A DNA stretch of 64,000 bases from Verrucomicrobiota bacterium (GCA_047947115.1 CP170459.1:4640001-4704000), one strand, 5' to 3'. Counted from the stretch's first letter, positions 10,012 through 21,065 are shown. Numbers and translations are program-made. Notes: a model not told the origin generated them from the letters alone.

Positions 10012-10959
10012 TTATTCGTGGGCCTCACCAGGTTTGCTGGCGGTAGCAAGGAGAGTTTGAAAGTGGGGAGGCTCATCCTCTTTGGCGACGACTTCGATTT
10101 CAACATTCACGAATCCGGCTTTTTCCAACCATTGCTGGAGTCGACTTTCCTCAAAACCAAGCCAGACATCCCCGTAAAGTTTTTCCGCATCTTCAAAATC
10201 ATGCTTCAATAAATCCAGAATCAGCACTTTGCCTTTTGGCCTGAGAATGCGGTAGGCCGATACCAAAGCCTGTTCGGGATCTGCTGCATGATGCAATGCC
10301 TGACTCAGTATCGCCACATCAATGCTCTGGTCGTCGATCGGTGGTTGAGTCAAATCACCATGCCTGAACGATAGATTGTCCAGACCGTTTTCCTTCGCCT
10401 TGCGCTTTCCGAATTCGACCATTTTCTGACTGTTGTCGACGGCTATGACCGAGCGCGCGTTATGCGCCAGGAGTTCGGACAACAATCCCTCGCCCGAACC
10501 GAGATCGGCAATGTCGATGGCCGGAATCAATCTCAACAACATCTGCCCGAAGGCCTGCCATGAACGCCCAGGCCCGTAACTTCGATCAAACCGCCCCGCA
10601 ATTTGATTGAAGTAGAGTTTTGCCTGATCCTCGCGGCGCTCCAGGATGCGCTTGAGGTTGATGTGATCCGATTCGCAGGTATCCAGCTCCCGGGCACCTT
10701 GCAGAGCCAACTCCAACAAATTTTTGCCATGTTCCTCCTTGGATGGTATTAGCCTGTAGAAAACCCGCTTGCCTTCACGCCTTGAAGCCAGAAACCCCTG
10801 CTTCTGCAATTGGCCAAGATGGGTACTGATGCGGGACTGCCCCATATGGGTGATTTCCTGCAATTCATTGACCGACAACTCATCCTCTGCCAACAACAAG
10901 ATTAATCGCAGACGGGTGGAATCAGACAGCACTTTCAAAGATGAAACAATATCGTTCAT
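10012..10959 (-). CDS. sahR: ArsR-family regulator with C-terminal SAM-binding methyltransferase domain (SahR-like)
   Basis: ArsR HTH (LSDSTRLRLI...ELSVNEL...QSRISTHL) plus DLGSGEG SAM motif; divergent from metK-ahcY. Confidence 0.82.
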   Translation of the reverse strand: MNDIVSSLKVLSDSTRLRLILLLAEDELSVNELQEITHMGQSRISTHLGQLQKQGFLASRREGKRVFYRLIPSKEEHGKNLLELALQGARELDTCESDHINLKRILERREDQAKLYFNQIAGRFDRSYGPGRSWQAFGQMLLRLIPAIDIADLGSGEGLLSELLAHNARSVIAVDNSQKMVEFGKRKAKENGLDNLSFRHGDLTQPPIDDQSIDVAILSQALHHAADPEQALVSAYRILRPKGKVLILDLLKHDFEDAEKLYGDVWLGFEESRLQQWLEKAGFVNVEIEVVAKEDEPPHFQTLLATASKPGEAHE

Positions 10960-11026
10960 GGCAAATCGAATCACAAAAGAAAAACCGCTCACCAGAGCAA
11001 AGTCGAGATAATCTACGAATTTGCCA

Positions 11027-11081
11027 TTGACGAATCGAAAACCAGTTATATCGTCCTATCAAGATACGTCAATATGATAGG
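11027..11081 (+). promoter_or_regulatory. Putative sigma70 promoter of metK-ahcY with a candidate SahR operator just downstream
   Basis: TTGACG (11027-32)-16 bp-TATCGT (11049-54); CTATCAAGATACGTCAATAT (11056-75) resembles an ATCAA-N6-TTGAT palindrome; IR CCTATCA/TGATAGG spans 11055-11081. Confidence 0.5.
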
Positions 11082-11110
11082 CGGCGTAACCAGTCGAAAA
11101 CAATAATATC

Positions 11111-12292
11111 ATGAGCAATAATTATATTTTTTCATCCGAATCCGTCGGCGAAGGACATCCTGACAAAGTTTGTGACACCATATCCGATGCCATTCTGGAC
11201 GCGTGTCTTGCACAAGACAAGACGAGTCGGGTAGCCTGCGAAACCTTCGTGAAGAGTAACGTGGTTGTGATCGGTGGAGAAATCACCACCAAGGCCAAAT
11301 TCGACTATAACGAAGTGGTACGTGAAGCAATACGTGGCATTGGTTACACCAACGACGATGACGTATTTCACGCTGACAAGGTATTTATCAACAACTACCT
11401 CACCACCCAAAGCGCAGACATCGCCCAGGGAGTGGACGCCAAAGCCGCCAAGGGAAAAGCCACCGACGAACAGGGAGCCGGAGACCAGGGTTTGATGTTC
11501 GGTTACGCGTGCGACGAAACCCCTGAGCTGATGCCTGCTCCCATCATGTTTGCCCACCGTATCGGACGTGAACTGACCCGTATCCGCAAGAGCGGCAAGG
11601 CCAAATGGCTCCGCCCTGACGCCAAATCACAGTGCTCCGTGCGTTATGAGAACGGTAAACCGGTGGAAATCACAAGCGTCGTGGTCAGCACACAGCACAC
11701 TGATGATGTGAGCCACAAACAAATCCACGATTTCATCGTCAAGAAGATCGTGCAAAAAGTGCTGCCCAAAAAGATGCTCAACAAGAACACCCAGTATCTC
11801 ATCAACCCAACCGGTCGATTCGTGGTCGGAGGTCCTCAGGGAGATGCCGGTCTGACCGGACGTAAGATCATTGTCGACACCTACGGCGGCATGGGACGTC
11901 ATGGCGGGGGCGCTTTCTCCGGCAAGGATCCCAGCAAAGTGGATCGCAGCGCAGCCTACATGGGACGTTACGTTGCCAAAAACGTTGTGGCCGCCGGATT
12001 AGCCAAGCGGTGTGAAGTTCAATTTGCCTACGCCATTGGCTATCCCGATCCCGTATCCATTGCCGTGGACACCTTCGGCACCGGCATCGAGTCCGATGAA
12101 AAAATTACCGAAGCGGTAAAGCAGGTGTTCAGTTTCAAACCGGCAGACATTATCTCACAACTGAAACTCCTCCGCCCCATTTATTCCGAGACCACCAATT
12201 ACGGACACTTCGGAAAAGTGGACGACACCAGTGTCATCACTTGGGAACAAACCAACAAAGCGGCCGCATTGAAAAAGGCCATCAAGGCATAA
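11111..12292 (+). CDS. metK: S-adenosylmethionine synthetase
   Basis: [17 protein letters not shown] and GGGAFSGKD signatures. Confidence 0.98.
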   Translation: MSNNYIFSSESVGEGHPDKVCDTISDAILDACLAQDKTSRVACETFVKSNVVVIGGEITTKAKFDYNEVVREAIRGIGYTNDDDVFHADKVFINNYLTTQSADIAQGVDAKAAKGKATDEQGAGDQGLMFGYACDETPELMPAPIMFAHRIGRELTRIRKSGKAKWLRPDAKSQCSVRYENGKPVEITSVVVSTQHTDDVSHKQIHDFIVKKIVQKVLPKKMLNKNTQYLINPTGRFVVGGPQGDAGLTGRKIIVDTYGGMGRHGGGAFSGKDPSKVDRSAAYMGRYVAKNVVAAGLAKRCEVQFAYAIGYPDPVSIAVDTFGTGIESDEKITEAVKQVFSFKPADIISQLKLLRPIYSETTNYGHFGKVDDTSVITWEQTNKAAALKKAIKA

Positions 12293-12325
12293 ACCTCCAA
12301 AACCAACATCAAATACGATAACATT

Positions 12326-13759
12326 ATGAGTACAACAGTCGATTCACCCACCGAGACACAAGACTTCAAAGTCGCTGATCTTGGCCTGGCAGAATGGGGA
12401 AGAAAAGAAATCTCCATCGCTGAAAAAGAAATGCCCGGCTTGATGGCCATCCGTGAAAAACACGCCGCCGACAAACCTCTCGCAGGAGTGCGTGTGACCG
12501 GATCACTTCACATGACCATTCAAACAGCCGTTCTCATTGAAACCCTCGCCGACCTCGGCGCCACAGTTCGTTGGGCAAGCTGCAACATTTTCTCCACGCA
12601 GGACCACGCAGCGGCGGCCATCGCCGAAGCCGGCCACCCTGTTTTCGCCTGGAAAGGTGAGACGTTGGAGGAATACTGGTGGTGTACCTACAAGGCACTG
12701 ACCCACGCCGATGGCAAAGGCCCACAACTGATCGTTGACGATGGGGGTGATGCCACTCTCCTGATTCACAAAGGATACGAACTTGAAAATGGAAGCGACT
12801 GGGTCAACACCCCTTCTGGCAACCACGAAGAACAAGTCATCAAAGACTTGCTGAAAAAAGTTCATGCCGAGGATCCCCTGCACTGGCACGAAGTCGTCAA
12901 GGAACTGAAAGGTGTATCCGAAGAAACCACCACCGGGGTACACCGTCTTTGCAAGATGCAACAGGAAGGCAACCTGTTGATCCCTGCCGTAAACGTCAAT
13001 GACTCCGTCACCAAATCCAAATTTGACAACCTTTACGGATGCCGTGAATCCCTGGCAGACGGCATCAAACGCGCTACCGACGTCATGGTGGCCGGCAAAG
13101 TCGTCGTGGTCGTTGGGTATGGAGATGTCGGCAAGGGATGCGCCCAGTCGATGCGTGGCTTTGGCGCTCGCGTCATTGTGACCGAAATTGATCCGATCAA
13201 TGCCCTGCAGGCTGTGATGGAAGGTTTCGAAGTCACCACCGTTGAGGATACACTCGGCCGTGCAGACATCTATGTCACCACCACTGGTAACAAGGACGTC
13301 ATCACACTGGATCACATGCTCCAGATGAAGGATCAGGCGATCATCTGTAACATTGGTCACTTCGACAACGAGATCCAGGTGGACAAATTGAACAGCCACC
13401 CAGGCGTCAAGAAGACCACCGTCAAACCCCAGGTCGACCAATACTTCCTGGAAGACGGACGTTCCATCTTCATGCTGGCCGAGGGTCGCCTGGTGAACCT
13501 TGGCTGCGCCACCGGCCACCCATCCTTTGTGATGTCCAACAGCTTCGCGAACCAAACCCTCGCTCAGTTGGATCTCTGGGAAAAACGCGACACCAACAAA
13601 CCCAGCGTTTACGTGTTGCCCAAAGTGCTGGACGAAGAAGTTGCACGACTTCACCTGTCCAAACTCGGCGTCAAATTGACCACCCTCAGTCAGGAACAGG
13701 CCGATTACATCGGAGTGCCTGTTGAAGGTCCTTACAAGCCCGAGCACTACCGCTATTGA
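12326..13759 (+). CDS. ahcY: Adenosylhomocysteinase
   Basis: [33 protein letters not shown] and NLGCATGHP motifs; C-terminal YRY. Confidence 0.98.
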   Translation: MSTTVDSPTETQDFKVADLGLAEWGRKEISIAEKEMPGLMAIREKHAADKPLAGVRVTGSLHMTIQTAVLIETLADLGATVRWASCNIFSTQDHAAAAIAEAGHPVFAWKGETLEEYWWCTYKALTHADGKGPQLIVDDGGDATLLIHKGYELENGSDWVNTPSGNHEEQVIKDLLKKVHAEDPLHWHEVVKELKGVSEETTTGVHRLCKMQQEGNLLIPAVNVNDSVTKSKFDNLYGCRESLADGIKRATDVMVAGKVVVVVGYGDVGKGCAQSMRGFGARVIVTEIDPINALQAVMEGFEVTTVEDTLGRADIYVTTTGNKDVITLDHMLQMKDQAIICNIGHFDNEIQVDKLNSHPGVKKTTVKPQVDQYFLEDGRSIFMLAEGRLVNLGCATGHPSFVMSNSFANQTLAQLDLWEKRDTNKPSVYVLPKVLDEEVARLHLSKLGVKLTTLSQEQADYIGVPVEGPYKPEHYRY

Positions 13760-13786
13760 TTCGCTGACACAAACACCATCTCAAAC

Positions 13787-13817
13787 AAAAAGGGCGACCC
13801 TCAAAGTCGCCCTTTTT
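13787..13817 (+). terminator. Rho-independent terminator after ahcY
   Basis: AAAAAGGGCGAC-cctcaaa-GTCGCCCTTTTT hairpin with T-tract. Confidence 0.85.
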
Positions 13818-13840
13818 CCATCCTAATAACCGCCCTAGCA

Positions 13841-14112
13841 ACCAAGTAGCCGCTTTCGCCAGAAAGTGGCCGCCCTCGCAATCAAGTAGCCGCTTTCGCC
13901 AGAAAGTGGCCGCCCTCACAACCAAGTAGCCGCTTCCGCCAGAAAGTGGCCACCTTCCCAACCAAGTAGCCGCTTTCGCCAGAAAGTGGCCACCTTCCCA
14001 ACCAAGTAGCCGCTTTCGCCAGAAAGTGGCCACCTTCCCAACCAAGCAGCCGCTTTCGCCAGAAAGTGGCCACCTTCCCAACCAAGTAGCCGCTTTCGCC
14101 AGAAAGTGGCCA
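13841..14112 (+). repeat. Tandem array of seven 40-bp units, each carrying a GTAG-type REP hairpin
   Basis: Units start at 13841, 13881, 13921, 13961, 14001, 14041 and 14081; core GTAGCCGCTTTC-GCCA-GAAAGTGGC. Confidence 0.92.
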
Positions 14113-14712
14113 ACCTTTACCCGTCTCGAGGAAATCCCCCCATCACTACTTGATTTCTTCACTGACTCTCGACATCAATGGATCCCATCCACTTGCCGTC
14201 AGATGAGAAAATGGGGAATTGACCCGCTCCATACCTTCCTCCCCCGGGGTTTTTCCGGTCACCAGGTTGAAATGATAAATCTTTCTGCCTGATCCGGAGA
14301 GGTTACAGGCCAATTGACTCCCTTTTTTGGAAAGGCTGATACCGTTACTATAGAAAAGCGTCATAAAGAGATTCCGGGAAGGTCAGAGAAGTTCGGATCG
14401 GCGCGGCTCTTCGGGTAAACGTGGATTTTCCAAAGGGTTGGCAGGTTCCCATTCCCTGGCAAGAAGCATCGAAATGATCAAAAGCAGCACCCTCAAGACT
14501 CCATTTTGTCGTGTCAGAATCATGTATGCGCGATCTACTACACACAGCTTATCAGATCCCGACAGGAATCCACTTTCACAAAGGGCCAGATCGAGACGCG
14601 CATCATCCACATCACGGAGTTGCTGCCGCTCGCCTGTTGCGACTGTCAAAAAAACCCCCTTGTTGTTCGGTAAGGTTGCTCACTATAATCAGGAGAAATC
14701 TAACAAACCAAC

Positions 14713-15822
14713 ATGGCGGATACCTATCGAGTAGCAGTAATTGGAAGCACCGGCCGGGGCAATTATGGCCACGGACTGGACGTCGTATGGCGTGACATCC
14801 CGCAAGCAAATCTGGTGGCAGTGGCGGACGACGATCCGGAAGGTCTCGCCCAGGCCAAAGAACGCCTTCAACTGGACCAGGGTTTCGATGATTACCGGAA
14901 TATGTTGACGGAAGTGAAACCGGACATCGTCAGTATCTGTCCCCGTTGGCTGGATCAGCACAGGGACATGGTCCTAATGGCCGCCGCTGAAGGAGTCAAA
15001 GGCATTTATCTGGAAAAACCCCTCTGCCGAACGCTGGAAGAAGCTGATGCCATGGTGGCCGCATGCCAGACTAACAATGTGAAAGTGGCGGTGGCTCACC
15101 AAACCCGCTACAGCCCCATTCTGGCGGTGGTCTATCGCATGATCCATGAAGGCAGGATCGGCCGTGTGCTGGAGATCAGGGCGCGCGGCAAAGAAGATCA
15201 ACGCGGCGGCGGAGAAGATCTTTGGGTGCTGGGAACACATGTTCTTGATTTGATGCATTACCTCGGTGGAAATCCCAAATGGTGTTTCGGTTCGGTGTTT
15301 CAGGAAGGTGAACCCGTCGACGCATCACACGTTCAGGAGGGCAAGGAAGGGATTGGCCCCCTGGCTGGTGATCAGGTTCAGGCTACCTATGCTCTGGAAG
15401 ATGGCATTTTCGGATATTTCAATTCCACCCGCAACGCTCAGGCAGAGACATCGCGCTTCGGCATCATGATTTACGGTGATCAGGGAATCATCGCCATGAA
15501 CACCGGCTACCTGCCCTCCGCCAGTTGGTTGCCCGATCCATCCTGGACACCGGCCCGCACCGGAAAACGATGGATCCCCATTACCTCAGGCGGTCCGGGC
15601 CAACCTGAATCTCTCGAAAACGGTGGATTACATTCCGGAAATATATTGGCGTGTCAGGATCTCATCGCGGCCATCGAGGATAATCGTTCACCAGAGAGCA
15701 GTCTGGAAGCTGCTCGCACGACCACTGAAATGATCGTGTCCGTTTTCGAATCCCATCGAGTCGGGAAAAAAGTGTTTTTTCCACTTCAAAACCGCAAAAA
15801 CCCTCTGTCCGAGCTTTATTAA
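14713..15822 (+). CDS. Gfo/Idh/MocA family oxidoreductase
   Basis: Rossmann VAVIGSTGRG, IYLEKP and GGGEDLWVLGTHVLD motifs. Confidence 0.9.
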   Translation: MADTYRVAVIGSTGRGNYGHGLDVVWRDIPQANLVAVADDDPEGLAQAKERLQLDQGFDDYRNMLTEVKPDIVSICPRWLDQHRDMVLMAAAEGVKGIYLEKPLCRTLEEADAMVAACQTNNVKVAVAHQTRYSPILAVVYRMIHEGRIGRVLEIRARGKEDQRGGGEDLWVLGTHVLDLMHYLGGNPKWCFGSVFQEGEPVDASHVQEGKEGIGPLAGDQVQATYALEDGIFGYFNSTRNAQAETSRFGIMIYGDQGIIAMNTGYLPSASWLPDPSWTPARTGKRWIPITSGGPGQPESLENGGLHSGNILACQDLIAAIEDNRSPESSLEAARTTTEMIVSVFESHRVGKKVFFPLQNRKNPLSELY

Positions 15823-15849
15823 ATCATCACCACCGAGTAGGATGACGAC

Positions 15850-16890
15850 ATGATAAGGACCTTGGAATGGACGAATGAAAGCCTCCGCATTCTGGATCAG
15901 ACCCTGTTGCCTCTTGAGGAACGCTATTTGGATCTGACCACGCTGGACCAGGTCATAGAAGCCATTCGATCCCTGCGAGTCAGAGGAGCACCCGCGATCG
16001 GGGTCAGCGCAGCTTATGGAATGGTGATAGCGGCAAGGTCCATAGCATCATCAGACGTCACGATCTTTTTGAAAGAACTGCGGGAATTGGCGAACCGCCT
16101 GATTGCGGCGCGGCCAACAGCGGTAAACCTGGAATGGGCCGTGGAATCCATCATGATCCGGCTGGAAGAGCGGCCTCCTGAAAAGACCGAAGCCATCGTC
16201 TCCGGCATCTTGAAGCAAGCCATGGCCATCCATGAAGACGATCGACAACGATGTGATGTGATGGCCGATCATGGAGTCCAAATTATCCCTGACAAAGCGG
16301 GCATCCTCACCCATTGCAACACCGGTTACCTGGCAACAGCAGGGATTGGCACGGCTTTGGGAGTGATATTTCGAGCGCACGAAGCGGGAAAAGTTTCGAT
16401 GGTTTACGCCGATGAAACCCGCCCACTCCTTCAGGGAGCCAGATTAACAGCCTGGGAATGCGCTAAAGTGAGTGTCCCGCACACACTGATCTGTGACAGC
16501 ATGGCGGCCGTATTGATGCGTCAGGGAAAAGTCGATCTGGTCATTGTCGGTGCGGATCGCATTGCAGCGGACGGTTCGGCAGCCAACAAGATTGGCACCT
16601 ACGGAGTGGCGGTCCAGGCTCATCACCACAATGTCCCCTTCTATATCTCGGCTCCTCTGTCGACCTTCGATCTGAATCTGGTTTCGGGAGAAGCCATCCC
16701 CATCGAGGAAAGAAATCAGGACGAGGTGCGCCGGATCATGAACACCTGTCAGATTGGACCTGAAGAAACACCCTGCTGGAACCCGGCATTTGACGTCACT
16801 CCTCCTCATTTGATCAGCGGCATCATCACCGAAGCAGGCATTCTCAAGCCTCCGTATGCACATTCCATTGCGGAGGCTTTCGATGTTTGA
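15850..16890 (+). CDS. mtnA: S-methyl-5-thioribose-1-phosphate isomerase
   Basis: RVRGAPAIG, ARPTAVNL, LTHCNTG, DETRPLLQGARLTAWE, GADRI...ANKIGT and NPAFDVTP motifs. Confidence 0.95.
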   Translation: MIRTLEWTNESLRILDQTLLPLEERYLDLTTLDQVIEAIRSLRVRGAPAIGVSAAYGMVIAARSIASSDVTIFLKELRELANRLIAARPTAVNLEWAVESIMIRLEERPPEKTEAIVSGILKQAMAIHEDDRQRCDVMADHGVQIIPDKAGILTHCNTGYLATAGIGTALGVIFRAHEAGKVSMVYADETRPLLQGARLTAWECAKVSVPHTLICDSMAAVLMRQGKVDLVIVGADRIAADGSAANKIGTYGVAVQAHHHNVPFYISAPLSTFDLNLVSGEAIPIEERNQDEVRRIMNTCQIGPEETPCWNPAFDVTPPHLISGIITEAGILKPPYAHSIAEAFDV

Positions 16891-16958
16891 TTCTGGACGA
16901 CACCCCCATCTCGCAGTAGTTTGCTAGTCCGCGTGTGACGATTGCGCGCGGATGGATT

Positions 16959-17291
16959 ATGAAATGTCCCAAATGTGAACAGATTGAACTGGAATCCCGG
17001 GTCGTCGAAGACGTGGAGGTCGACCGATGTCCGGACTGCGGCGGCATCTGGTTTGATCAGGATGAATTATCAAAAACACTTTCATTGAACGCGAGCGAAC
17101 TGAAACCGCTGACCAAAGGCAAGGAACGTCCCGAATTAAATAAACTCATCGGAACCTGCCCCGTGGACCAAACAGACCTGATCAGAGTCTGCAGCCAGCA
17201 CAACCGGTCCATCATACTGGATCGTTGTCCCGAATGCCTGGGAGTCTGGCTGGATGGTAGTGAGTTCAAACGCTTGATCAAGAAAGCATAA
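16959..17291 (+). CDS. Double zf-TFIIB zinc-ribbon protein
   Basis: MKCPKC...DRCPDCGGIWFD..EL, repeated as DRCPECLGVWLD..EF. Confidence 0.8.
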   Translation: MKCPKCEQIELESRVVEDVEVDRCPDCGGIWFDQDELSKTLSLNASELKPLTKGKERPELNKLIGTCPVDQTDLIRVCSQHNRSIILDRCPECLGVWLDGSEFKRLIKKA

Positions 17292-17294
17292 CAA

Positions 17295-18647
17295 GTGAAC
17301 ATCGTTATTGTAGGCGCGGGCGAAGTGGGCAAGCATCTGGCCGAAAGTTTGTCCACACAACTGCACAACATCACGGTCATCGAAGCTTCGGAAGAAACAT
17401 CGGAGGACCTGAATGAGAGTCTTGATGCCAGTGTTCTGTGTGGCAATGGCGCTTCGGCGACCACACTGGCGGAGGCAAATGTGGGTGAATGCGACTTGTT
17501 CCTGGCGCTTACCAGTCTCGACAACACCAATCTGGTCTCAGCTTCCATCGCAAAATCCCTGGGAGCCAAGAAGACCGTCTCACGAGTCCATGCCAGCGTT
17601 CAACGCGAAGAATGGCTTTTTGATATCCGTTCCCACTTCAATATTGACTACCTGTTCAGCACCGAACGACTGGCCGCGGTGGAACTGGCAAAGTTCGTGC
17701 GCAACCCTGAAGGTCTGGTGGTTGAGGACATTGCCAGGGGACGCATAGAACTCCATCAATATAAGGTGGCTGCAGAAAGCAAAGCCATTCATGTGCCTAT
17801 TTCAAAGCTTCACCTGCCCCCAAGGGTGCGCATCGCATGCATCATGCGTGACGGTTTGAACACCATACCCGGTGGTGCCGACACCTTGATGGCAGGTGAT
17901 CTGGTGACACTTTTCGGCGAACCCTCTCTACTGGATCAGGTCATCAGCCTGCTGGATCCAAGCGCTCAGCGCAAAAAGGACCTGAAAGCGGTCATTTTTG
18001 GTGGTGGAGAATACGCATTTGCCTTGGCGCAAATGTTGGAGGGAGCAGCCGTGCAGGTGCGCATCATGGAAAAGCAGGAAAGTGAATGTCGCCGACTTTC
18101 CGGCATGTTGCAGGATTCATTGATCATCAATGGCGACGCCACATCCCTGCAGCAACTCCGCGAAGAGCAGGTCGACCAGGCCGATTTCTTCATAGCGGTC
18201 AGTCCAGACGACGAGGACAATGTCATGGCCTGTCTCCAGGCCAAAAGCCTCGGCACGGAATACTGCCTCACAATGATCCACCGAGCCGACTATGCCGACG
18301 TCATTTACCGCAACCGCCAGCGGCTTGGCCTGCTGGCTGCCGTCAGCCCCCGACTGGCCACCAACCGCGATCTGCTTCGTTTCATGGAAACGGACAAATA
18401 CCACAAAGTCTCGACCCTGCAAGGCGGGGTTGAAGTGATTCAACTCAGTCTCAGAGAGGGTGCCCGCGTCATCGATCAGAAGGTATCCGACATCAAATGG
18501 CCCAAAGGCGCCGCACTCGTGGGCTTGCTGAGGGACCAGATGGCCATTGTTCCAACCGGAGAAGACACGCTGAATGTCGAAGACACGGTCTACGCCATCA
18601 CCACAGCCGATGCCCGTAAACCTCTGGTCAAACTGCTCACCCGCTGA
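17295..18647 (+). CDS. trkA: Trk system potassium transporter, NAD-binding subunit
   Basis: Two RCK_N/RCK_C pairs; IVGAGEVG and IFGGGE. Confidence 0.93.
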   Translation: MNIVIVGAGEVGKHLAESLSTQLHNITVIEASEETSEDLNESLDASVLCGNGASATTLAEANVGECDLFLALTSLDNTNLVSASIAKSLGAKKTVSRVHASVQREEWLFDIRSHFNIDYLFSTERLAAVELAKFVRNPEGLVVEDIARGRIELHQYKVAAESKAIHVPISKLHLPPRVRIACIMRDGLNTIPGGADTLMAGDLVTLFGEPSLLDQVISLLDPSAQRKKDLKAVIFGGGEYAFALAQMLEGAAVQVRIMEKQESECRRLSGMLQDSLIINGDATSLQQLREEQVDQADFFIAVSPDDEDNVMACLQAKSLGTEYCLTMIHRADYADVIYRNRQRLGLLAAVSPRLATNRDLLRFMETDKYHKVSTLQGGVEVIQLSLREGARVIDQKVSDIKWPKGAALVGLLRDQMAIVPTGEDTLNVEDTVYAITTADARKPLVKLLTR

Positions 18648-20119
18648 TGAACTTTCACCTGCTTTGCAAAATCCAGGGTGGACTGCTGCTGCTGCTCGGT
18701 GTGGCACAAAGCTTCTGCTTGGCGTATGCGTATCAATTTGATGGAAGGAGCAAAGGGCTGGATTCAGTGGAAGGTTTGACCCTGTCGGTTTCGGTCAACA
18801 TTGTGTTTGGATTGATTTTACTCATGCTCGGTCGCGGGTCCGGAAAGGAAATCCTTCGCAAGGAAGCCATCGCCATCGTCGGTTTGAGCTGGATTGTCTG
18901 TGCCGTATTCGGTGCATTGCCCTATGTGTTCTGCGAACCCAGAATGGGGCTCGCAGACGCGTTTTTCGAATCCATGTCCGGATTCACCACCACCGGCGCT
19001 TCTGTCATTCAGGATCTGGAAACCTATCCGAAAGGAATTCTGCTATGGCGATGCCTCACCCAATGGCTCGGCGGGATGGGGATTCTGGTGTTGTTTGTGG
19101 CGTTACTCTCTTATCTGGGTGTCGGCAGCAAGGCGCTGTTCCGTCACGAATCCTCGGCAAAGGAAGGCGGCGGCCTCCAGGCCCGCATTCACGATGTGGC
19201 GCTCAAACTCTGGCAGATTTATGTCGTTCTGAGCCTCGTGCTTTTCGGTGGTTTCAAACTGTTGGGCATGTCGGTGTTTGATGCCCTTTGCCACACTTTT
19301 GCGACCATTTCCACCGGAGGCTTCAGTCCGCATGGATTGAGTATCGGCCATTACAACAACCCCCTGATCGAAGCCTGGACCATGTTGTTCATGGTTTTGG
19401 GGGGCATCAGTTTCATGTTGTATGCATGGCTCCTGCGCGGCAAATGGGATCGTTGGCGAAAGGAGGAAGAAACCAAGTATTTCCTCGGAATCGTTGCCAC
19501 CGTCACACTGGCCATCACCTTGCATCTGGTCATTTTCGGGGAGAACATGACACTGTTTCATGCCTTGAGAGTCAGTTCTTTCCAGGTCATCTCCATCATC
19601 ACCACAACCGGTTTCGTCACCGACGATTATGACATGTGGCCCACCTTTCCGATTCTGCTTCTACTGGGACTCATGATGGTCGGTGGCTGCACGGGTTCCA
19701 CGGCTGGAGGGGTCAAGATAAGTCGCTGGCTCCTTTTCTTCAAAACGATGCGGAAGGAGTTGAACGAAAGTTTCCGCCCGAATGTCATTCGTTCCGTCAG
19801 CCTGAACGGCAACAATGTCGATGATGAAGTCCAGTTCCAGACCATGTTTTTCATTGCCATTGCCGCGGTGATCATCGGCGTGTTCACCTTGACAGTCAGC
19901 TTGCTCGAACCGGGGCTGGATCTGGTTTCCGCTCTTTCGGCCGTTTTTGCGACCTTTATGAACATCGGCCCCGCCCTTGGCCAGTTGGGCCCGACCGAAA
20001 CGTTCTACGACCTCAAAGCACTCACCAAAATCCTGCTCAGCATGCTCATGGCGGTGGGACGTCTTGAAATCTTTGCCATTCTCGTCCTCTTCTTTCCATC
20101 GCTATGGAGAAAATACTGA
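18647..20119 (+). CDS. trkH: Trk system potassium uptake membrane protein
   Basis: FESMSGFTTTGAS, STGGFS, TTTGF, GCTGSTAGGVK and GRLE motifs; overlaps the trkA stop. Confidence 0.93.
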   Translation: MNFHLLCKIQGGLLLLLGVAQSFCLAYAYQFDGRSKGLDSVEGLTLSVSVNIVFGLILLMLGRGSGKEILRKEAIAIVGLSWIVCAVFGALPYVFCEPRMGLADAFFESMSGFTTTGASVIQDLETYPKGILLWRCLTQWLGGMGILVLFVALLSYLGVGSKALFRHESSAKEGGGLQARIHDVALKLWQIYVVLSLVLFGGFKLLGMSVFDALCHTFATISTGGFSPHGLSIGHYNNPLIEAWTMLFMVLGGISFMLYAWLLRGKWDRWRKEEETKYFLGIVATVTLAITLHLVIFGENMTLFHALRVSSFQVISIITTTGFVTDDYDMWPTFPILLLLGLMMVGGCTGSTAGGVKISRWLLFFKTMRKELNESFRPNVIRSVSLNGNNVDDEVQFQTMFFIAIAAVIIGVFTLTVSLLEPGLDLVSALSAVFATFMNIGPALGQLGPTETFYDLKALTKILLSMLMAVGRLEIFAILVLFFPSLWRKY

Positions 20120-20275
20120 TGAAATGACCTTCATGGTTTATTGAAAAAGTTACATCGGCTTCCCCTGCCCTCATTCTTTTTGACAAGGACCAACCTGCTC
20201 CTTTCATTCAGAATGCGCGCATTGAACGGAACTGCAGGCCATCATCATGTCTTGCCTGCGCATGCTGTGAACACA

Positions 20276-20986
20276 TCACTGGCTGGGACCAATCAATACC
20301 ACAAATTCCCCTTTGATCTTGAGGGTCTGCCGTTGGGCCCACAAATCAATCGATTTCCCTCTCACCCATTGCTCGAATTTCTTTGTGAGTTCCCTGGCCA
20401 ACACCACATCACGATCAGGCATCAAGTCTTTCAGTTCTTCCAAAAGCTTTTCAATCCGATGAGGCGATTCATAAAGAACAAGCGTGCCAGGGATATCCAG
20501 GCAGGATTCGAGCTTCCGTCGTCGTCGGGCGCTCTTACGGTCAAGAAAGCCTAGGAAATGCACCTCATCCGTCGGCAAACCACATCCGCTCAAGGCTGTG
20601 GTAAAAGCACATGCGCCCGGCAATGGCTCCACACGAAACCCCTGATGAATGGTTTCCGCGATAATACGCTGGCCCGGATCACTGATCCCAGGCGTTCCGG
20701 CATCGGTCACCAAAGCCAAACGCCCCCCTTGAGACAACCGCTCAAGGATCTGTTCCTGACGCGCAGCCTCGTTGAACTTGTGGTAACTGAGCATGGGCTT
20801 CCCGATGTCGAAATGTTTCAACAACTGCCCCGTATGACGCGTATCTTCCGCGAGCACCAAATCGCAGGATTTTAAAATATTCAACGCTCGCAAGGTAATG
20901 TCTTCCAGATTGCCAATGGGAGTCGGTACAACGTAGAGCACGCCGGCGGGTGTCATGGATGGAGATGTGGCTGGTTCCTCACTCAT
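20276..20986 (-). CDS. rsmI: 16S rRNA (cytidine1402-2'-O)-methyltransferase
   Basis: LYVVPTPIGNLEDIT, AEDTR, DAGTPGISDPG, YESPHR and RELTK motifs. Confidence 0.95.
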   Translation of the reverse strand: MSEEPATSPSMTPAGVLYVVPTPIGNLEDITLRALNILKSCDLVLAEDTRHTGQLLKHFDIGKPMLSYHKFNEAARQEQILERLSQGGRLALVTDAGTPGISDPGQRIIAETIHQGFRVEPLPGACAFTTALSGCGLPTDEVHFLGFLDRKSARRRRKLESCLDIPGTLVLYESPHRIEKLLEELKDLMPDRDVVLARELTKKFEQWVRGKSIDLWAQRQTLKIKGEFVVLIGPSQ

Positions 20987-21065
20987 CGATCTTTGGATTG
21001 CATCCTCACAGATTCAATGCAGAGTGTCAGGCATAAGTTGAAAGTAAATCTCTCTCGCAACACAT

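Noticed and set aside
10960..11110. SAM riboswitch upstream of metK
   Set aside because: Leader is short, no SAM-I/II core was recognised, and a SahR-like regulator is adjacent.
12503..13747. 414-aa minus-strand ORF
   Set aside because: Antisense shadow of ahcY.
13841..14112. CRISPR array
   Set aside because: Inter-repeat segments are only about 10-15 bp and nearly identical, there are no unique spacers and no cas genes; fits a REP tandem array.
13686..14162. Repetitive ORFs (GHFLAKAATW..., ATFWRKRLL...)
   Set aside because: Translations of the 40-bp repeat in several frames; the same applies to ORFs over 40669-41096.
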